From: Candidatus Bipolaricaulota bacterium
GTDB lineage: Bacteria > Bipolaricaulota > Bipolaricaulia > UBA7950 > UBA9294
NCBI GenBank assembly: GCA_021159105.1
Contig: JAGGSM010000091.1
Coordinates: forward strand, 1 to 34,484
DNA length: 34,484 nt
Direction of reading: 5' to 3'
The notes under the pieces are model-generated. The model worked only from the letters and a program-made list of their open reading frames with translations, was not told where the DNA came from and searched no databases. Shown here one piece after another: positions 34,283 through 34,484 of this stretch; within the stretch, counting starts at the first letter, position 1; each line of letters opens with the position of its first letter. A program made the translations under genes and the position numbers.

Positions 34283-34484
34283 TTACCGTTTCTTACGCCG
34301 CGAGGTGAGCTTTTTCTTAGTGGTCACAGTTACTCCTTTGTTGGGAAGTACCTCTGGCAAGTTCACCTGTGCTGCCTCGAGTAATTGGTTAAGGAATGGC
34401 CGTGGGCGGGGAATCTGGTTGCAGCTCGCCTCTCCCTTCACCAATAGCTGTGTGGCACAGATGGTGTCAAGCTGCTTGATCCCT
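34283..34484 (-). CDS. 3' end of an unidentified ORF that runs off the window edge (possibly part of the same mobile-element remnant)
   Basis: The minus strand is open from the window edge: GIKQLDTICATQLLVKGEASCNQIPRPRPFLNQLLEAAQVNLPEVLPNKGVTVTTKKKLTSRRKKR*, with stop TAA at 34285-34283. I recognise no motif. It is absent from the ORF track because its start lies outside the window. Confidence 0.3.
   Translation of the reverse strand, partial: GIKQLDTICATQLLVKGEASCNQIPRPRPFLNQLLEAAQVNLPEVLPNKGVTVTTKKKLTSRRKKR

Noticed and set aside
33931-34291. 11-bp direct repeat GGTTACCGTTT (33931 and 34281) as a target-site duplication flanking a ~350-bp insertion or MITE
   Set aside because: There are no inverted repeats just inside the two copies. 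The enclosed sequence carries transposase-like fragments that continue beyond the repeat. An 11-mer repeat within about 700 bp has a chance probability of a few percent. I noted it but did not call it a mobile element boundary.
1-34484. CRISPR arrays, tandem repeat arrays, defence systems (RM, TA, Abi, CBASS-like), prophage or integron features
   Set aside because: I saw no regularly spaced direct repeats. I also saw no gene of unknown function in an accessory-like context. Apart from the degraded segment after 33798, every sizeable ORF is accounted for by a conserved housekeeping family.

Overview
This 34.5 kb GC-rich window (roughly 55-60% GC by eye) is bacterial chromosome and almost entirely housekeeping. 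It falls into five strand blocks. (1) 1-6226 (+) is a tightly coupled anaerobic TCA-branch operon: an SdhA/FrdA/TfrA-like flavoprotein (5' partial, 3' end apparently frameshifted), a 2x[4Fe-4S] ferredoxin, 2-oxoacid:ferredoxin oxidoreductase alpha and beta, a two-subunit class I fumarate hydratase, and malic enzyme. (2) 6287-12330 (-) carries an mtaD-like deaminase, rpsO, pnp, an M16 peptidase and coaD. (3) 12426-27829 (+) carries yraN and comM, then a long co-directional envelope and division string: bamA, skp, fabZ, a formimidoyltransferase, murD, ftsW, murG, murC, murB, ftsQ, ftsA and ftsZ. (4) 27860-31068 (-) carries tRNA-Leu(CAA), rsfS, an LCP-family protein and a stand-alone trpB2. (5) 31667-33797 (+) carries ftsL and ftsI, followed by lower-GC, stop-riddled sequence that reads like a degraded IS4/IS1634-type transposase on the minus strand. 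I found no CRISPR array, defence island or obviously novel multi-gene system, so this is an ordinary core-genome region. The most interesting items are small-scale. First, the trpB2 leader combines a near-consensus promoter, a 14-codon Trp-containing leaderless uORF, a duplicated segment and a long hairpin that buries the trpB2 Shine-Dalgarno. Second, the PNPase has a second tandem S1 domain, an RGG-like linker and a charged tail. Third, TAnnnT-N9-ATG (leaderless-type) promoter/start architecture recurs at four starts. Fourth, the dcw cluster is split and rearranged next to an IS remnant. Fifth, a bamA-skp-fabZ block lacks the usual lpx genes. All functional calls come from reading motifs in the supplied translations; no database search was run.
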